A stretch of 64,000 nucleotides of DNA from the human T2T-CHM13v2.0 reference genome, Homo sapiens, in the NCBI RefSeq assembly GCF_009914755.1, contig NC_060926.1. The stretch is one strand, 5' to 3'. A model generated the notes under the pieces. It saw only the letters and a program-made list of their open reading frames with translations. It did no database searches and was not told where the DNA came from. Positions 18,055 through 34,837 of the stretch are shown in pieces. Positions within the stretch are counted from its first letter, which is position 1. Each line of letters begins with the position of its first letter. The position numbers and the translations under genes are program-made.

Positions 18055-19589
18055 AACAACTTGGCTTTCTTGCCAAGATGGAAAATGCATGCATGAACAT
18101 TGCAAACCACCATTCTGTTCACCTCTAAACAGTTAGGGGATGCTGCAAATACCCTGGGGTCCACTGAAGGGGAATGGGCACAGTTAGCCTGCTGTCCTAT
18201 ACACACCATCAGACAGACCGGAACTCTTCCAGGAATGTTACTCATCAAAACAGTTTTATCTGTCACAGCAACCAGTCACTTGGGAATGAACCTCACACAA
18301 CAACTGTGTTGCTATAAGACAAGTAAAATGAATTTGTATAAATTGAATCCTGTTTTTCCATTGATATATCATAATTCAGAGATTCTTTTTCCCAACCCTG
18401 TAATAGTTCTTGGCATGTGGTAGCCACTCAGATATTTATTGAAAGTATCAACAAAAGAAGTATTTGTCTTTAAAAGGCACTTAGTCTCTGTTTCTTTGTT
18501 TTCAGAACCCACCTTTACAAATCATCTACAAACACATGCATTATGGGACTCTTCCTGGAAGAGCACAGTAATTAAGGACCAGGGGAGTTCTGACTGATCA
18601 GAAGATGGTTTAATCACCACCAGCCAGTCAGAAGGGATTTGCCTTGAACAGGTTTCATCTGCACAAGGCAAAATCACGAGAACAGGACAGGGTGGATGCA
18701 GGGACGTGAGTTTGGGTCAAATTGGGAGATTGGGAACCAAGCACAGCATTAGGAGATGGCACAGGCAGCTTAGCATATCAGAAACCAGCAAAGTCAGGAA
18801 TTATTTTCTTAATTCCTTCTTAGAAATGTAGCTACATGTCCATTTTGGGTAAGTCACTTCCTTTTGTGGGGACAGTTTCATCATAAGTAATGAACACATG
18901 AATTAAGAATCTTTCTGCCTCATGTTTTGTGATTCACTATAATTTCTGGACTGGCCCCTTGTCTGTTGACTCCCTGAGTGTTTTGGGGATGAAATGGGAA
19001 GGGACCATGGGAGAAGAGGGGCAGATGGGGCAACCATGTTGTCCCAGACATCTGGGAAATGTAGCCAGTCTCCTTTTGGCGAGGATACCTGCCTCTTTCC
19101 CCATCTTTGTCCTCAATACCCTAGGCAAAGGCGCAAGCAAAACTTGTTCCCAGCCCCTCCTGCCTGTCTGGAGTCCAGTCTACTTATAAGGCCCCATTAG
19201 ACACCTCTCCCCAAGTCTGCTCCACTCTTTGGAGGTCAGTCTTCATAACCTCCTTCCATGCTGGAGCTGCCTCCTGGCCCTTCCCACAGGAACCCGCTTG
19301 CTGTGATCACGGCCGTAAAGCCCACAGTGATGGAAAGAGTGGGCATGGCCAGTCACCTTTTCCCTGGACAGGGAGTCTCATTCACTCTGGCCCACCCTGA
19401 GGATATTCACATAAACAGAAGAGCCCTCAACACCCCAGACCAAGACAAGCAGATGCCCCAGCCCATCCTGGACTGGGCCGAGGCACTGCTGCAGGCCACC
19501 CAAGAAGCCGCCCTCTCCCTGTCCCTGGCAAAAGTGGAGAGAAGGTCTCTCAATTTCTCCTCTGTGCCCCGGCCTCACATCTTCCCCAC

Positions 19590-19745
19590 CTCCTCATCAC
19601 AGTCCTCGTGGGCCCCTTTTTTTCTCTTCCTCTTCTTGTCTGTCTCCTTTTTTTCCTTCTCTGGGAGGATGTTGTCAATCCAGGCCAGGTCGTGCTGGGA
19701 AAAGATGAAATCCAGAAGCCTTCGAACGATGATGAGGCCCAGGAT
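19590..19745 (-). CDS. SLC4A5: SLC4A5 exon (last TM segment and Lys-rich cytoplasmic tail)
   Basis: ccacag|ATCCTG...GAGGAG|gtgggg; [52 protein letters not shown]. Confidence 0.94.
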
Positions 19746-20064
19746 CTGTGGTGGAGAGAGACTAAAGTTTTGTGAGAATTTGGAGAAAACTGTGGTCTCA
19801 ATGCCCAAACTCAGGCATAGATTTTTTTCTCCCTCAGTCGGCTGAGTTCAGGGACTTTTTGTGGTGTCTTTGGAGCCGTCTCGAAGCTCCCATAAGCCAT
19901 TATTCACTTTCCCTCCACCGTAGTTCCTCTTGTCTGGCCCCTCAGGTGAATGACCATGCCTACCAGTGACCAAGAGGGACGGAGCCTGTGACAGCCGAAG
20001 TGGGGAGCCTCAGAAAGGCCATGGGCTGGAGAACTACAGTTATTCTTTAAATTAGTGGTTCTCA

Positions 20065-20366
20065 GCCAGGCGTGGTGGCTCACACCTGTAATCCCAGCAC
20101 TTTGGGAGGCCGAGGTGGGCAGATCGCCTGAGGTCAGGAGTTTAAGACCAGCCTGGCCAACATGGTGAAACCCTGTCCCTACTAAAAGTACAAAAGTTAG
20201 CCAGGCATGGTGGTGGGTGCCTGTAGTCCCAGCTGCTCAGGAGACTGAGGCAGAAGAATCGCTAGAAACCGGGAGGCGGAGGTTGCAGTGAGCCAAGATT
20301 GTGCCACTGCATTCCATCCTGGGCGACAGAGCAAGACTCCATCTCAAACAAATAAAATAAATACAT
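20065..20366 (+). mobile_element. AluS-like inserted at the end of a MER5A-like element (to about 20500)
   Basis: TSD aaattagtgg(t/c)tctca at 20049-20064 and 20367-20382. Confidence 0.9.
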
Positions 20367-21706
20367 AAATTAGTGGCTCTCAAACTTGAGCATGCACCAG
20401 GACCTGGAGGGCTTGTTAATTAATACACAAATCACTGGATTCCCCCAGTTTCTGATTTAGCAGGTCAGGTAATGCCTGAGAATTTATGTCTCTAACCACT
20501 CTGTACATTTGCCAAAACTCATAGACCCACACATTGAATTTTACTGTATGCAAATTAAACAAAAAAATCAATAGGTGGAGGGTGTGGGTCTTGCCCTGCC
20601 CTATCTGGCTGTGTGTCCAGGGTCACTCTGCTCATGCTCTCTGAGCCTCATTTTCTCATCTGTAAAGCGGGGTTATTAGTGCTTTGGGGGCTGGTGTGGA
20701 CTCAGTGGAACAGTACTCAGTAAATGCTAATCATGACTACTACTGCCTTTCCCTTCGCCAGCTCTGAGGCCCCTGAGGGCACTGGGGGGAGGATCTATCT
20801 CCCTTTCCCTGCAGTGGGGGTTCTCAACCCTGGCTGCAGGTCTATGCTCACCTGTGGACCTCATAAAAATACCAAAGTCTGGGTTTCCCTAGAGATTCTG
20901 ATTTGTTGATCTGGGTTGATTTTCATGGGCAGCCCGGGTCAAGAACCATGGACTAGACCCCTCCCAGCAGTGTGCACTTCAAGTTCTCCTCAGTGTCCTT
21001 ACTTTGTCCCCTACCCCAGAGCCCTCAGGCTTTCCCCAGGCATTTGCTGACACACTCCAGGCTCCTGGCAAGGGCCTGGGTCACTGCCCTCGGTGAGTTA
21101 TCTAGGGGGCCAGATGCAACATGTTGTTGGCTTTGCATTCTTTTCACTTCTTATTTTGGAGTAATTTCAAACTTATACAATATTTGCAAGAATAGTGAAA
21201 GACCTGTAACCTTTCCCTTGCTCAAGCTTTATATATACCATCATTGGGTTTTGTTGTTCTTGATCTCTGACCCTCGTTCTTCCCCTGCCCCCCTACTTCA
21301 CTATTTAGCTTTTTAAATTTAGCTATCTTGAATGGTGGAAAGATCTATATTTAGTACGCATCGACTTCTGAGACTGGTTGGAATTTTGGCAGTGGGAACT
21401 CGGTCTCCTGGTTGAACTGATTTTCTTTCTCCGTCCCTCCCTGGAGCCAGGAGGTAGGGTGGCTCCTGGGTTCTCACTGAGCGGCTCTGACATTCCTTCC
21501 TCCGCCTCCTCTCTGCCCCACCCCACACCATCTGGCCTGGACTCACAACTCAAATCAGGTCATTCTGTGCCAGCCTCCGTGACCCGAGGGAGCCAGGCCA
21601 CAGCTGACAGGAAGGCAGAAGGTGGCAGGAGGGGAGGTTGCGCTGCACCTCTGGGTTGCCCAGGCCAACCTGCCAGGCAGGAGGGGGAAGCCCGTGCCCA
21701 CTTTAC

Positions 21707-21880
21707 CATGACCGGGAAGATGATGGCAGCCACCGTGGATTTGAGGATCCAGAGCACCGCCAGGCAGAGGATCTGCACCAGGGTGAAGAGGTGGATCCGG
21801 CGCAGCGGCACGTGCCGCAGGAAGGCATGGTCCGGCTGGTGCTTGGCTGGCATCAGGAAGAGCTTGCAGCGTTCCCAGAA
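21707..21880 (-). CDS. SLC4A5: SLC4A5 exon
   Basis: cctag|TTCTGG...GTCATG|gtaaag; [58 protein letters not shown]. Confidence 0.95.
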
Positions 21881-22249
21881 CTAGGGGGACAGCGGGGGCT
21901 CAGCCAGGCAGCCAGACCCCGAGGGCCCGCTGGGTCCTGGGACTAGGGGAAGGGGTGCCTGGGTGGGGTCTCAGAGAGGGGAAGCCCCCTGCTCAGGCCT
22001 TAAGGATGCACGGGAGGGGGGCTGGAGGTGTCTAGGCGGATGCATAATGGGGTCTTAGAGAAAGGGTCCTCAGCCCTGGGTGAGGGGAGGAGCCCTGGAG
22101 CTGGCCACAAAATGGACATTGTCCATATTCAGGGAAAGTGCAAGTTAATTGTAACACAAACTGTTTAAGAATTCTGGGATTTCACAGTAAATACAGAACA
22201 AAACAAAAATGTTTTCTTCTGCATAGCTGCCTTAGGGAAGAGAGAGAGG

Positions 22250-22440
22250 TACAGTGAAATGCTCACTGGAGTCAGCTTCTTCTGGATTTTGAATTCTGAC
22301 CCTCCGGTCCCCATCTGTAAAATGGGGATCAGAGGACCTAATTACATAGATTCAATTATATGAGGCCTATGAAGTGCCTAACATATTTATTTTGCCTGAT
22401 AGCATCAGTAAGTGGTAGTATCATTATTACTATTATTCTT
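22250..22440 (+). mobile_element. MIR SINE (internally deleted) overlapping the 48-nt cassette
   Basis: ctggagtcag...ttgaattctgaccct and catctgtaaaatggggat core, ending in attattactattatt. Confidence 0.7.
22267..22314 (-). CDS. SLC4A5: SLC4A5 48-nt alternative cassette (NBC4a-type 16-aa insert)
   Basis: ttttacag|ATGGGG...ACTCCA|gtgagc; MGTGGSEFKIQKKLTP, phase 0-0. Confidence 0.8.
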
Positions 22441-22559
22441 TCATTGAATTAGGACAATTGGGGACAATTGGGACAACTGAATTGGGGGTCTTGGTGACAT
22501 GGAACCAGACATGGAATGTTGACTCCAGATCATGAAGGGATCTGGAGGGAAAGCCTTAC

Positions 22560-22628
22560 CTGGATGCCATTCAGGGAGGCCACGCCCATGTAGAGGAAGA
22601 CTCCGTACAGCACCGGCAGGGGGATACA
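22560..22628 (-). CDS. SLC4A5: SLC4A5 exon
   Basis: ttttag|TGTATC...ATCCAG|gtaagg; [23 protein letters not shown]. Confidence 0.95.
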
Positions 22629-23094
22629 CTAAAATGAGAGCAGAGCTTTGGATCGGCCTCTGCCTGGGGCGGCCCTTGGCCACCCTGTTCTGGATGACAG
22701 TGGCTCCTGACCACAGAGGCAGCTAGGAAACTGGATATTTGGGGGAACAGAGAGTCAGCAGAACTGGGATGTGGGCAGGGGTGAAGATGAGGGTCACTGG
22801 GGCTGTACTGCCCCTTCTCTGGCTGGGGTAGCTGGCCCAGCATGCAGCTGCTCTCCTGGCCTGGCCCCTCACTGCACCGTGCGGAGGCCATGTGGTCTGG
22901 CTAAAGAAATGCCTTCTGGAAAGTGAGAAGACTCCACAGACTGCCCCCTCCTCATTCCTGCCCAGCTTCTTCCTACCTCCAGCCTCAGCTGAGGGTCCCC
23001 TAAAACTGCTCAGCCTGCAGGGGCATGGGGACTTTTAATGAGCTGATCTACATCAGCAGCGAGTACCCGGGACACTTAACAGAAATCACGCATC

Positions 23095-25885
<2,791 letters not shown>

Positions 25886-25998
25886 TAGGGGGCTGATAGG
25901 CCAGTGATCCCTAGCCATGTGGGGACCCCCTCCCTGCCTAAGGCATCCGCTCTGCTTTCTCAGGCAACGAGGCCCTAGGTGACAGTGCAGGACCTCAC

Positions 25999-26071
25999 CT
26001 TTAGGATGGGAGCCAGGAAGACAGAGATTCCCGTCAGGATGAAGACGATGATGCCGGTTACTCTCTGTTCC
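25999..26071 (-). CDS. SLC4A5: SLC4A5 exon
   Basis: tgccag|GGAACAG...CTAAAG|gtgagg; [24 protein letters not shown]. Confidence 0.95.
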
Positions 26072-27231
26072 CTGGCAGAGAAGAACACATGGTCAGGGTG
26101 TACCAGGAAATGCCTGGCAACTACTCTGGCCCTCCTGCCCCTCTGTGGGCACCTGAAGCTTGTGTCCAAGGCCATGGCCTTGAGGGCTTCTGCATGAAGC
26201 TCTGCCTGGTTGCCTGAGGCCCAGCTGAACCATATGTGGGAAGACAGGCGGCCCCTGACTGGGGCAAGGGCATCTTGCAGGAGCATTGAGGGAGGCCGCT
26301 TAGTGTAGTGGCTTGTAGCTGGGGGGCTTGAGCAGGACTGATGTGGACTGGATCCTGGCTCTGCCACTTGCTAGTTATGTGGCATTGGGCAGGAGCCTGC
26401 CCATCTTGAGCCTCAGTATATGCAGATAATAATGGCACCTATTGTGAGGATACATGCGAGATAAAATGCTATTACTCTGCCCTTTGATTTTAAGATTTCG
26501 TTTTTGTGGGGCACAATGAATGAGGATCTGGGGAAGAGGACACCAGCAGAGCAGGTGTCAGGGGTGGGAGGCAGGTGAGCCCTGCAGTCGGGCAGAGAAG
26601 CCTCATTCGGGCAGGCTGGGCGGTCCAAGTATCTCAAGATAGTGGGAGAAGTTCTTAGGGCAGCCACGTAGGAGAAAGCCAGGGTTTGGTGTGGTCTCGC
26701 CCTGGAGGCCCTAAGGGGCTGAAGATGTACTTCTCTGCCTACCATGGGGCGTGAGAGAAGAGGCAAGTGAAGGAACAGGAGTAACAGGCAGGGCCACAGA
26801 CTGGGGAGCGGGGGTGATCCCAGGACAGCCTTCTGGAGGAATAGAGACTGAGCAGGACCTGAACCCGCAGGAGGGCCATCAGGGCAGTAGGGGCCTGGAG
26901 GGTCTTGAGGAAGAGGAAAAGGGCAGGACAGCACGAAGCCTTGTGGGGACCTTGGGTGGCTGATGAAGATGAGTGTCTGGCACGTGTGCATATTTATGGA
27001 TGGGGTATGCATACTGCTTGGAGCCCAGTAGGTAAAAAGCCCCACTTAGAGCTGGACTTCTGTCTCTCTCCTTCCCTCCCTCCAGGGATAGCACTCCTGT
27101 CCCTGTGGTTCTTGGGCCGTCAGAGCGGGGGCCCTTTTTGTCCAAATCCTTTTGTGGCAGGCAAAGCCAGCTTCTCCTCCCCGAGTGGGCCCCTCCCCAT
27201 TGGGTGATCCCTAGGCCCTGACCCCTCCTAC

Positions 27232-27410
27232 CTGACTCCCAGAAACTGGGGCTGCTCCCCAGGGGCACTGGTCTCTGTCTCCATCTTGAGGCTGTCGATG
27301 TGGGCGATGGAGATGACCGTGGCAGCCACGTACCAGGGGAGCCCCATAAAGGAGCACAAAGCCATGAGGATGCCCACCCAGAACAGGTCCAGATGGTAGC
27401 CGGCAGCCTT
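27232..27410 (-). CDS. SLC4A5: SLC4A5 exon
   Basis: ctgcag|AAGGCT...GTCAG|gtagga; [60 protein letters not shown]. Confidence 0.95.
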
Positions 27411-28164
27411 CTGCAGGAGCGGGGTTGGGGGAGGGAGAAGTTTCTGGGGAGCCAGTTCCTCCTGGATGCAACCATTCTGTGGAACATGGTTCAAGGACCC
27501 CCTGCCTTCCAGAAGATACTGAAGGGGCCTGAGGTGCTCCTTGCAAGGATTGCAGAGGTGGGTGTGTCCTGCCACCCCATCTGAAAGGGTGAACTGCCTA
27601 AGGGGTATGGGTCATAGAAGAGAGGGATGTTCAAGCTTGGAGAGGCCCTGGGTTTGGGTCTCTGGGGAGAAGGGCCCAGAAGGTGGCCACAGGGTCTTTG
27701 CGGTTCCTGAGGGGCCCCAGCTGGGACAGGCCACACCTAAAGTGGTCCAGACCTGGATGGGGGAGGGGGTGACCCGAGTCTTCTCAGGCTCACAGGCTGG
27801 GTGGGGAGTTGCAGAGACCAGGAAGGCTAAGGAAGTTCCTCTGCCTCAGTGTTCTAGGCTGAGCCCCTGTCAGGATCTGCTGATTCTCATAAGAACTCGA
27901 GGTCACTTTGGGAAAGACAGAGAGCCTGTGCCCAGTGGCCCAGCCTAGTTTGGTCCTGGTCCTCAGAAAGTCACTCCAGCCCTGGTGGCCTTACCCACAT
28001 CTGGAGGTCACATTTCCCCCTCAACACACCAAGTGGGAACTCTAGTCTCTGTCCTCATATTTTCCTGGCCCAAAGTACTGAAAGAAGCATCATGTCCTTC
28101 CTTCGCTCTTTCTGACTTTGTGGGAAGAAAGAGGTTATGCCTCTGCTCCTAGTACCGGCCTTAC

Positions 28165-28326
28165 CTTCAGTTTGTTCTCCTTCCGGTTGACAATGACGGC
28201 AGTGATCTGCTGGTCCATGAAGATCAGGATGGTCACCAGCAGGGCGGGCAGGATGCTTGCTGGGTATACCCACCACGGGTTCTTCCCAAAGGGGGCCACG
28301 AACCAGCCTCGGTCAGGCCGCGTTGG
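28165..28326 (-). CDS. SLC4A5: SLC4A5 exon
   Basis: actcag|CCAACG...CTGAAG|gtaagg; [54 protein letters not shown]. Confidence 0.95.
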
Positions 28327-28806
28327 CTGAGTGGGAGCAAACAGAGAGGGGCCCTTTCCTCTCTCCCTTGTCCCAGGGCACTTGTCGCCTGGCCTGCTGT
28401 CCCACCTCCTCAACTTTCCCTGACTTTGGGTACTTTTCAAGTGCAATCTTTTCCCTTAAACACCTTAGGTAGCTGCAACTTTAGACTAAATTCAGACATG
28501 GGAAGGAGCATGCATGCAGACAGTGTCTGTAAAACTAAGGAGGTAATTTGCTGCAACAGCCCTGGGGTTTGTCAGGAAACATGGAGGTGAAGGTCAGAGG
28601 GCAGCCAGGAGAGAGAGCACAGTCACCTGCTGCAAATAACAAACAGCAGGAATGAGGCCCAGCAGAAAAGAATAAAGAAATGGGTGGGCCCAGGGCCAGC
28701 TGCTTCTGCCTCTCCTGAGTCACCTGTCTGGGAGCATTATAGAATTGTCTGTAAAATGCTGAACATCAGTTCAGTCCTGCATGTTCAGAATGAGGAGAAT
28801 ATATAA

Positions 28807-29236
<430 letters not shown>

Positions 29237-29317
29237 GTTGGTGCTCTTATGAGGGAGTAGGGCTGAGTTTAGCTACAAGCATATGTCACCAGTTCTAACT
29301 AGTGGGTAATTTCTAAG

Positions 29318-29505
29318 CAGTGGTTCTCAAACTTGAGCATACTCCAAGTCACCTGAAGGGCTTGTTAAAATGCAGATTGCTGGTCCCACCCCCCAGCTTT
29401 TCTGATTCCACAGGTGGGGCCGAGAAATTGCATTTCCAACGAGTTCCCTGTGACTGTGATGCCATGATATTGGTCTGAGGACCACACTTTGAGAATCACT
29501 GTTCT
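29318..29505 (+). mobile_element. MER5A-like DNA transposon
   Basis: cagtggttctcaaacttgagc...gaccacactttgagaatcactg terminal inverted repeats. Confidence 0.8.
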
Positions 29506-29859
29506 AAGGGATCAGTTTCAATGGATCCCATTTGGCCCAGCTTATAGATTGCTAGAGGTCAGGGAACTGGAGACACTCAAATAGGAATCAAGAGGCTTCT
29601 GCTGGGTTGGAGGGTGAATTCCAGTGCCTTCCTCACCTCGTGACTATAGATCAGGATTTCCTGGTGAATATGTTACCCCTCCCCGCCCTACCTCAAAGGA
29701 CTGGCTCCTGGGAGCCTGTGTTCAGGAAAGGTGGCACACAGAGAACTAAAATGGTCTCTTGGCCAAGAGGAGAAGAGAGTTTGATCAGCACAGAGGGGAA
29801 AGAATCTGCAGCTGGTAGGCAGGCAGACTGGATGCCCAGAGCGAGGGAAAGGGGCAAAC

Positions 29860-29973
29860 CTTGATGACACTGGGCACATGCAGCTTGGGAGTTTCTAGGC
29901 CAAAACAGGCATCGATTCCACAGAACATCAGGATGGAGAAAACAATGGAAAAGTCAGCCACCAGGGCCCGGAC
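29860..29973 (-). CDS. SLC4A5: SLC4A5 exon
   Basis: ctgcag|GTCCGG...ATCAAG|gtttgc; [38 protein letters not shown]. Confidence 0.95.
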
Positions 29974-31680
29974 CTGCAGACAGGAGATGAGCAAGTAAAA
30001 GAAGTGAGTAAAGCACCCACCCAGCTCCAGGCAGCCCCAGTCCTCCGGCAGCAAAGAGGTGAACTATTACAGTCTGGGCTCTGAAGGCAGCAGAACTAGG
30101 CTCAAATCCAGGCTCTGCTCCTTGCTAACTGTGTGAGCTTGGGGAAGCGTGTCATCTCTCCAAGACTCAATTTCCTTCTCTGTAAAATGGAGATGATGGT
30201 AGTATCTCCCTCAAAGGTGTAAGTGAACTGTGACACATTTAGAGTGCTTGGCATATGGTGGTCAATGTGGGAGCTGTTATGATCCATATGGCCATGGCAG
30301 CCACTGCTGAAGATGTGTTCTGGTATGACAGTCTGAACTGGGGCACCCAGCAGGTATGATGAGGGCAAGGGCTGGACTCTGAAGCAAACCTTAGTTCCTA
30401 CAAGCCTGTGACAGGTTGTTGTACCCCACCTGGGCTAGGAGGGAGGCTCCCCAATTCCACTGGGGATCATTGGCTACACTCAGACCTTTTGTCCACCAAG
30501 AGTCTCTTGTTCCGCTGTTTCTCAAGAGGCCCTTCCTAGGCCAGGTTCTGAACCTGGAGGCCCTTCCTAGACCAAGTTCTGAACCTGACCTTCCTGCCCA
30601 TTCTGAATCAATGTCCTCCGACCTCCCCTCCAAACCAACTCTATGTCCAGAAGTCTCAGGACAGATGGTCCCCCAACGTCTACCCTGTGGCCTTTTTAAT
30701 ATCTTTTCAAAGAAGGCAATTTGAAGGGCAGGGGCAGGTGACAGTACATTGACTTCATTCCCTGCATCCCCCTTTTCTCTTTAAATTTGTTATTAACATA
30801 ACATATGTAATTGGTTAAAAACCCACATAGTGGAAAATACTTATGAGGAAAAGCAAAGTCTCCCACCTCCCCTTTTCTCAATCCAGCCCCGCCTTCCAGA
30901 TCTATCCACTATGTCTGCTTGATTTTACTTGTTCCAGAGGTTCCCTCCATGTCATTAACTAATATGCATATACTTTAATATTTTCATTTACTAATTTAAG
31001 GGATTATCTATTGATAAGAATTTACCTTTACTTACACTGTGCCTCCTGTCCTTTCCTTATTCCTAATCTTTGATAGTTAATTTTAAGCTCCTATGGGTTT
31101 CCTTTGTACTTTCAAGTGATAATAATTAAACATCTCCTTCCATTAGCTTTGGCTAATATCTCTCATTCTCCATCTTGCAAGGTGAGGACCACTGCCTCTA
31201 TCCTCCTACCACCTCTCTCCTCCTCCCCTCTTCCTTCCTGTCACACCTCCACTTTGACCTTTCCATTGTCGAAGCTGAGAACAATCATTTCTTGTTCCGT
31301 AAACACATGGCTTGTGTGTTTTATCTGTAAGTCAATTCCAAAAGTTGAAAATTAGTAACAGCTTTATATTATCATGATCATATAAATATTAGTCACAGCA
31401 GAACCAAGTAGTGTGCTGGGTTTATACTTCCTTTTCTATAATATTCCTAGCATATACATCAAAACCATATGAATGCTTATTAAGTTAAACCACATGAACT
31501 TGACTTTTTTTGTAGGTTGAAACAGTCAAATATGGGCAACTTCATATGGTCCAACCTAATCAGAGAGTGTCAGTTGCTCTCCAAATTGGATGTATCTGTC
31601 TACATTCCCACCTACTGCTTTCCATCTCCAACATCTGGTGTCCCAAGACCTTCATCTGTCTACCAATCTGATGAGTATAA

Positions 31681-32892
<1,212 letters not shown>

Positions 32893-32894
32893 CA

Positions 32895-33940
32895 TAGCAG
32901 TTAGCATTTACGACGGTATAAAAAAATCAAGTACCTAGGAATAACTCTAACAAAAAATGTTCAAGACTTAAAGATCAAAATGTATAAAACATTATGGAGA
33001 GAAAGAAGACCAAAATAAATGAAGTATACTGTATTCATAAATCAGAAAAACTCAAAATTTGAAAGACGTTAATTCTTCCCAAACAGAGGCAAAGATAATC
33101 CCATCAAAATTCCAACAAGTTTTCATTTTGGTGAAATTTAAGATGATTCTAAAATTCATGTGGAAATGCAAAGGGCCAAGAAAATATTATATAAAAAGGA
33201 CAAAAGGGGAGAGCTTGGGAGACAAAGATATAAAGACTTATAAGCTACAGAAATGAAGACTGTGATACTGATATATAAATAAACTAGTGAAACAGAATAA
33301 AGAACCCAGAAACAGACCCTGTCATATAGGAATATTTGATATATGGCAAAGGAAGTATTGCAAAGCAATGGAGAAAGAATAGTCTTTAAAAAATACTGGA
33401 ACAATTGACTATATAAAATCACAAAGAAACACTGTCTCACAGTACACATCAGAATCAATTCTGATGGATTGTAGATCTAACATGAAAGGAAAAACAATGA
33501 AGCTTTTAGAAGGTAACATACAAGAATATCTGCTGTCCAATATTTGCCTTGAGGAAAGTTTGATATATTCAATTACAATAAAACTAAGAATTTCTGTTAA
33601 TCAAAAGATGCCATTAAGGATGTAAAAAGAAAAAAACAGTCACAGAGTGGGAGAAGATTTTGCAACACATATAATCACAAAAACATTTCTACCCAGAATA
33701 TATAACAAACTCTTGCAAATCAGAAAGGCAGACAACCCAAAATGTGCAAGAGATTTCAACAGACACTTCCAAAAAGAAAGGCAACTGGGCATGTGGCCAA
33801 TAAACACAGGAATAGCTGTATTTTCAACTTCATTAGTCATCAGGGAAATGAAAAATTTAAAAAACACAATGAGATACTACTATAGACAAAGACTAAAGAT
33901 AAAAGCCTGACAATACCAAGTGTTGTCAAGGGGACCAGCC
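32895..33940 (+). mobile_element. Old L1 (L1M-type) ORF2 3' fragment
   Basis: A-rich: aagtacctaggaataactctaac, aaaattcatgtggaaatgcaaagggccaag, cattagtcatcagggaaatgaaaa. Confidence 0.8.
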
Positions 33941-34094
33941 AACAAGGGAACACAGTTCTCTCTGACTTAACTTGAAAAACCCCAGTGGGCCAGTGCTCGC
34001 ATGGAGTCCATCCTGTCGGTGGACCAGAACCCTCTCTGGGGGACTCAGCAGCTGTCTGACTGCAGGTCCCCTCCTAACTGCAGGGTGAGCTTAC

Positions 34095-34295
34095 CTTGGT
34101 AGGAAAATAGCGGCTGAATTTGAACTTCTTCAGGGTCAGGGTCATGGAGTATGTCCCAAAGAAAAGGATGAAGGACATGAGCGCCAGGTCTGGGATAAAC
34201 TTGCAGGAATTCCCAAGCAGGCGCCCGCCGTAGCTCAGACACTCCTTCTTGCTCAGCAGGGACCAGTCCAACGCTGTGAGGTTAAGGAGGTTGTA
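34095..34295 (-). CDS. SLC4A5: SLC4A5 exon (201 nt, AAG acceptor)
   Basis: ctccaag|TACAAC...ACCAAG|gtaagc; [67 protein letters not shown]. Confidence 0.93.
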
Positions 34296-34776
34296 CTTGG
34301 AGACCAAGCACAGGAGAGAATGGGTCAGCATCTTCCTGATGAGTCAGCTGTGTCCTTCCCACTGCAGTCCCCAGGCAGCCAGCATACCTTCCCACCCTCT
34401 GAGGGACCCCAGCCCCCCAGAGTGATGTTCCTGGGGATGGGCTGGTTCAAGGAATGACAAGCTCCCTAGGAAGATTAGGAGCTCACATGTGTTTCTTCAT
34501 TGTGTTCTAGGATGCACTGCTGTGCTAGCAAGTAGGAAAAGTGCAGAGGCAGGATGCCTTTTCCCTCAGCAGGCCTGGCTCCCATCAACCAACCACAGGT
34601 CCTGTGGACGCCTCCTTCCTGGAGTGTCTCATCTTTATTCTCTCCCCTCCATCCCCTCTGTCACACCCTTTCATATATGGGGGATCACCTCCCTTGTCAG
34701 TCCCCTCTTGGGTCATTTCAGCCATTCCCCACCTTGGTGTCTCAGATGCCTAAAATCCAAGGCATACACAACAGTG

Positions 34777-34837
34777 AATTTTTATATATAAATTTATTTA
34801 TATATACATATATAAATTTATATATATATATATATAA
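34777..34837. repeat. AT-rich (TA)n quasi-palindromic tract
   Basis: tatatataaatttatttatatatacatatataaatttatatatatatatatataaa. Confidence 0.9.

Noticed and set aside
19579-19589. Alternative donor (AAGAT|gtgagg) 11 nt downstream; 11+85=96 nt could restore the ETTL frame
   Set aside because: The 85-nt exon read in that frame hits TAA after 9 codons, so it cannot reach the PDZ tail
26413-27948. Several 100-210 aa overlapping ORFs
   Set aside because: GC-rich intron and antisense frames around genuine exons; no homology recognised
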